NCBI RefSeq assembly: GCF_001194135.2
Contig: NC_068985.1
Coordinates: 53,769,903 to 53,833,902 of the forward strand
Reading direction: 5' to 3'
DNA: 64,000 nt
Source of the DNA: Octopus bimaculoides
Taxonomy: Eukaryota
This document shows positions 62,010 to 64,000 of the stretch, in pieces (positions within the stretch are counted from its first letter, which is position 1; the number at the start of each line of letters is the position of its first letter). Both the position numbers and the translations under genes were made by a program. Below the pieces are notes generated by a model. The model had not been told where the DNA came from. It made no database searches and was given only the letters and a program-made list of their open reading frames with translations.

Positions 62010-62077
<68 letters not shown>

Positions 62078-62560
62078 ACCAATGGGTTTCATTCGATTTC
62101 AAGGCGGCGAGCAGGTAGGATCTAACGACAAAATGCTTAGCGGCATTTCTTCTGGCTTTACGTTCTGAGTCCAAATTCCGTTGAAGTCCACTTTGCTGTT
62201 CATCCTTTTGAGGTGGATAAAATAAGTACTAGTTGAACACTGGGTTCGATGTAATCGACTGCCCCCACCCTCGTCCAAAGTTTCAGGCCTTGTGCCTATA
62301 TTAGAATTTATCATTATTATGGGCGGTAGATTGGTAGAATAGTTAGTGCGTCGAAAAAATACCTACTTGTATTTGTTCCGACATTTTGAATTCTGAGTTC
62401 AAATTTTAACGAGATCAACTTTGACTTTCATCCATTCAGAGTCAAGTACAAGCCGATGGCGTCGACTAATGTCTTCCCACAAAATTTCCTGCTATGTACC
62501 TAAATCAGAAACAATTATAATTTCTAATTCTACAACTCAATTTTACGAACATCCAACCAT
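61180..62560 (+). mobile_element. cluster of + strand TAA-associated SINEs
   Basis: Copies at ~61185, 61415, 62100 and 62320, each with A/B boxes. Confidence 0.8.
61630..61990 (-). mobile_element. short 5'-truncated R4/Dong-like 3' end (different subfamily)
   Basis: SKYKDLEIEIQKMWHLKARTVPVIVGALGM...IQKILLTSTAHILRKSLST*. Begins immediately after the (TAA)n at 61990-62076. Confidence 0.8.
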
Positions 62561-64000
62561 TTTCCCAATTTTCAAATTTGAAACAATCAATTATACGAAA
62601 TAATTATAATCAGCTTAGCTGTCACTCACAAGCATGAATAACCTGGTAATATGTACCATACTTTTATTAGTTTTTTTTTTCTTATTGTTGTAGTTGTTGT
62701 TATTGCTTTTCTCGTCTCCTCTTATATTATTTTTATTTCGTGCTTTATCTCCTATCTATTCAAGCAGCTACATGTCGAATGGTCCGATCGCATCGCCTTC
62801 AAATATCCTGTTTTCATCAACACGCATCAACATCACAGTTCGTTGTTTCTTGGTGCCAAATTATAGACGAGAAGATATAGATACCCTCTCACCGCTTCAA
62901 ACTTTGTCTCAGCGGCACATTCAGGAGGCAATTGCTGGAGAGAGAAAAAGCTGAGTTAGCAGTTGGCTAGTGCTCCAGGAAGCGAACTCTCGAACACGAC
63001 CAGGAATTGAATCCCGAACTAATGATTGTAAGTTTGACACCCTAACTACTGGGTCATTAATATCTAGGTTGAAACCGTAACTTTGCCATTCTCTAAACTA
63101 TGTCTTCTACTAGCCCACCCATATTAGCAGTATTGCATTGTGAAATAAAAATACTCATGGACGGATGTCGTTTTACTGCATCCGATATGTTCGTTTATCA
63201 GTGAGAATGACCTCAAATTAAGATTCCATCACAGTATATGCCATAAAAGTTAAAATATAATTATTGGTGTTGTTAATTTATTGTGTATTTCTAATTGTTT
63301 TTATCTGTGAAATAATGAAATAACTATTTCCTTATTTCCAACTATTACTACTTTTGCTGTCTTTGTTGTAGTGTTGCTATTTTAGTATAGAAAAAGATCA
63401 ATTTAGTATCATCTAGAACATTCAACAACTTTAACACGGCCCTAAGATATCTTACATGTATAAAATGTCATTAACAAAAACGACTTTATGGACAGCGTGA
63501 TGTATTTTTGTGTATTTTTACTTTACCTCTTAGTTAATAAGCTATGTTCTAAGACGGTGGATTAAATAAAGATAAGAAACGGCCCAAATTGAAAATATTG
63601 ATGTCAAGAATAAGCTATTTATTTTGTTTGCAGCTTTGTCATGTGATATGTTTAGTTTGAAAAGAGAGAGAATGATTGTATGATTCGTTTAAAGACTGTG
63701 GCTGGCATGTGAGAAGATAGAATTGGATTCTGAAATTAACGAGTGAAACATTGGTGGTTTTCATTGAGCAGAACCAAATTTTCGCTTGATGACTGCCCAC
63801 GTTACTATTTTTACTTGAATTTCTTGTTAATTCCAAACGACTAGAAATATGTGTGATTACGTAACAGTTTTGATTGAAATTGTAGATAAATGATAAAATA
63901 GCATTGAATGAAATATGTAAAATAAGTGCACCCGTGAGAGGTTAATGGTTTTGCTTCGACTCTCCTAAATGTGTTAATTATTTTGATGGATGTGTGATGG

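Noticed and set aside
62651-62954. Short ORFs with plausible-looking composition near the window end
   Set aside because: No recognisable domain and no paired splice signals; the second ORF runs into a SINE remnant.

Overview
Eukaryotic, AT-rich, microsatellite-dense DNA from a gapped draft assembly (11 N-runs). The SINE/LINE repertoire suggests a cephalopod, probably Octopus (inference). There are no prokaryote-type genes, rRNA, true tRNA or CRISPR arrays. The only host gene I can support is on the + strand in the first ~20 kb: four symmetric phase-1 exons (10421-10534, 11881-11994, 12885-12995, 16214-16324), each encoding one six-cysteine LDL-receptor class A (LDLa) repeat, joined by single-residue C-x-C linkers. 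A candidate signal-peptide exon (911-961) and a candidate stop exon plus poly(A) signal (19895-20096) would make it a small secreted LDLa-only protein. This region is visibly CpG-depleted relative to the DNA after ~21.8 kb. The rest is transposon-derived: a full-length dead mariner, a deleted DD37D (maT) element, a 729-bp TIR mini-element carrying a SAP-SWIM gene fragment, Penelope, Hero, CR1-like and RTE fragments, several tRNA-derived SINE families, and stacks of R4/Dong-like LINEs and SINEs nested in (TAA)n microsatellites with fixed opposite polarity. Repeat boundaries are read by eye and are approximate unless TSD/TIR coordinates are given.
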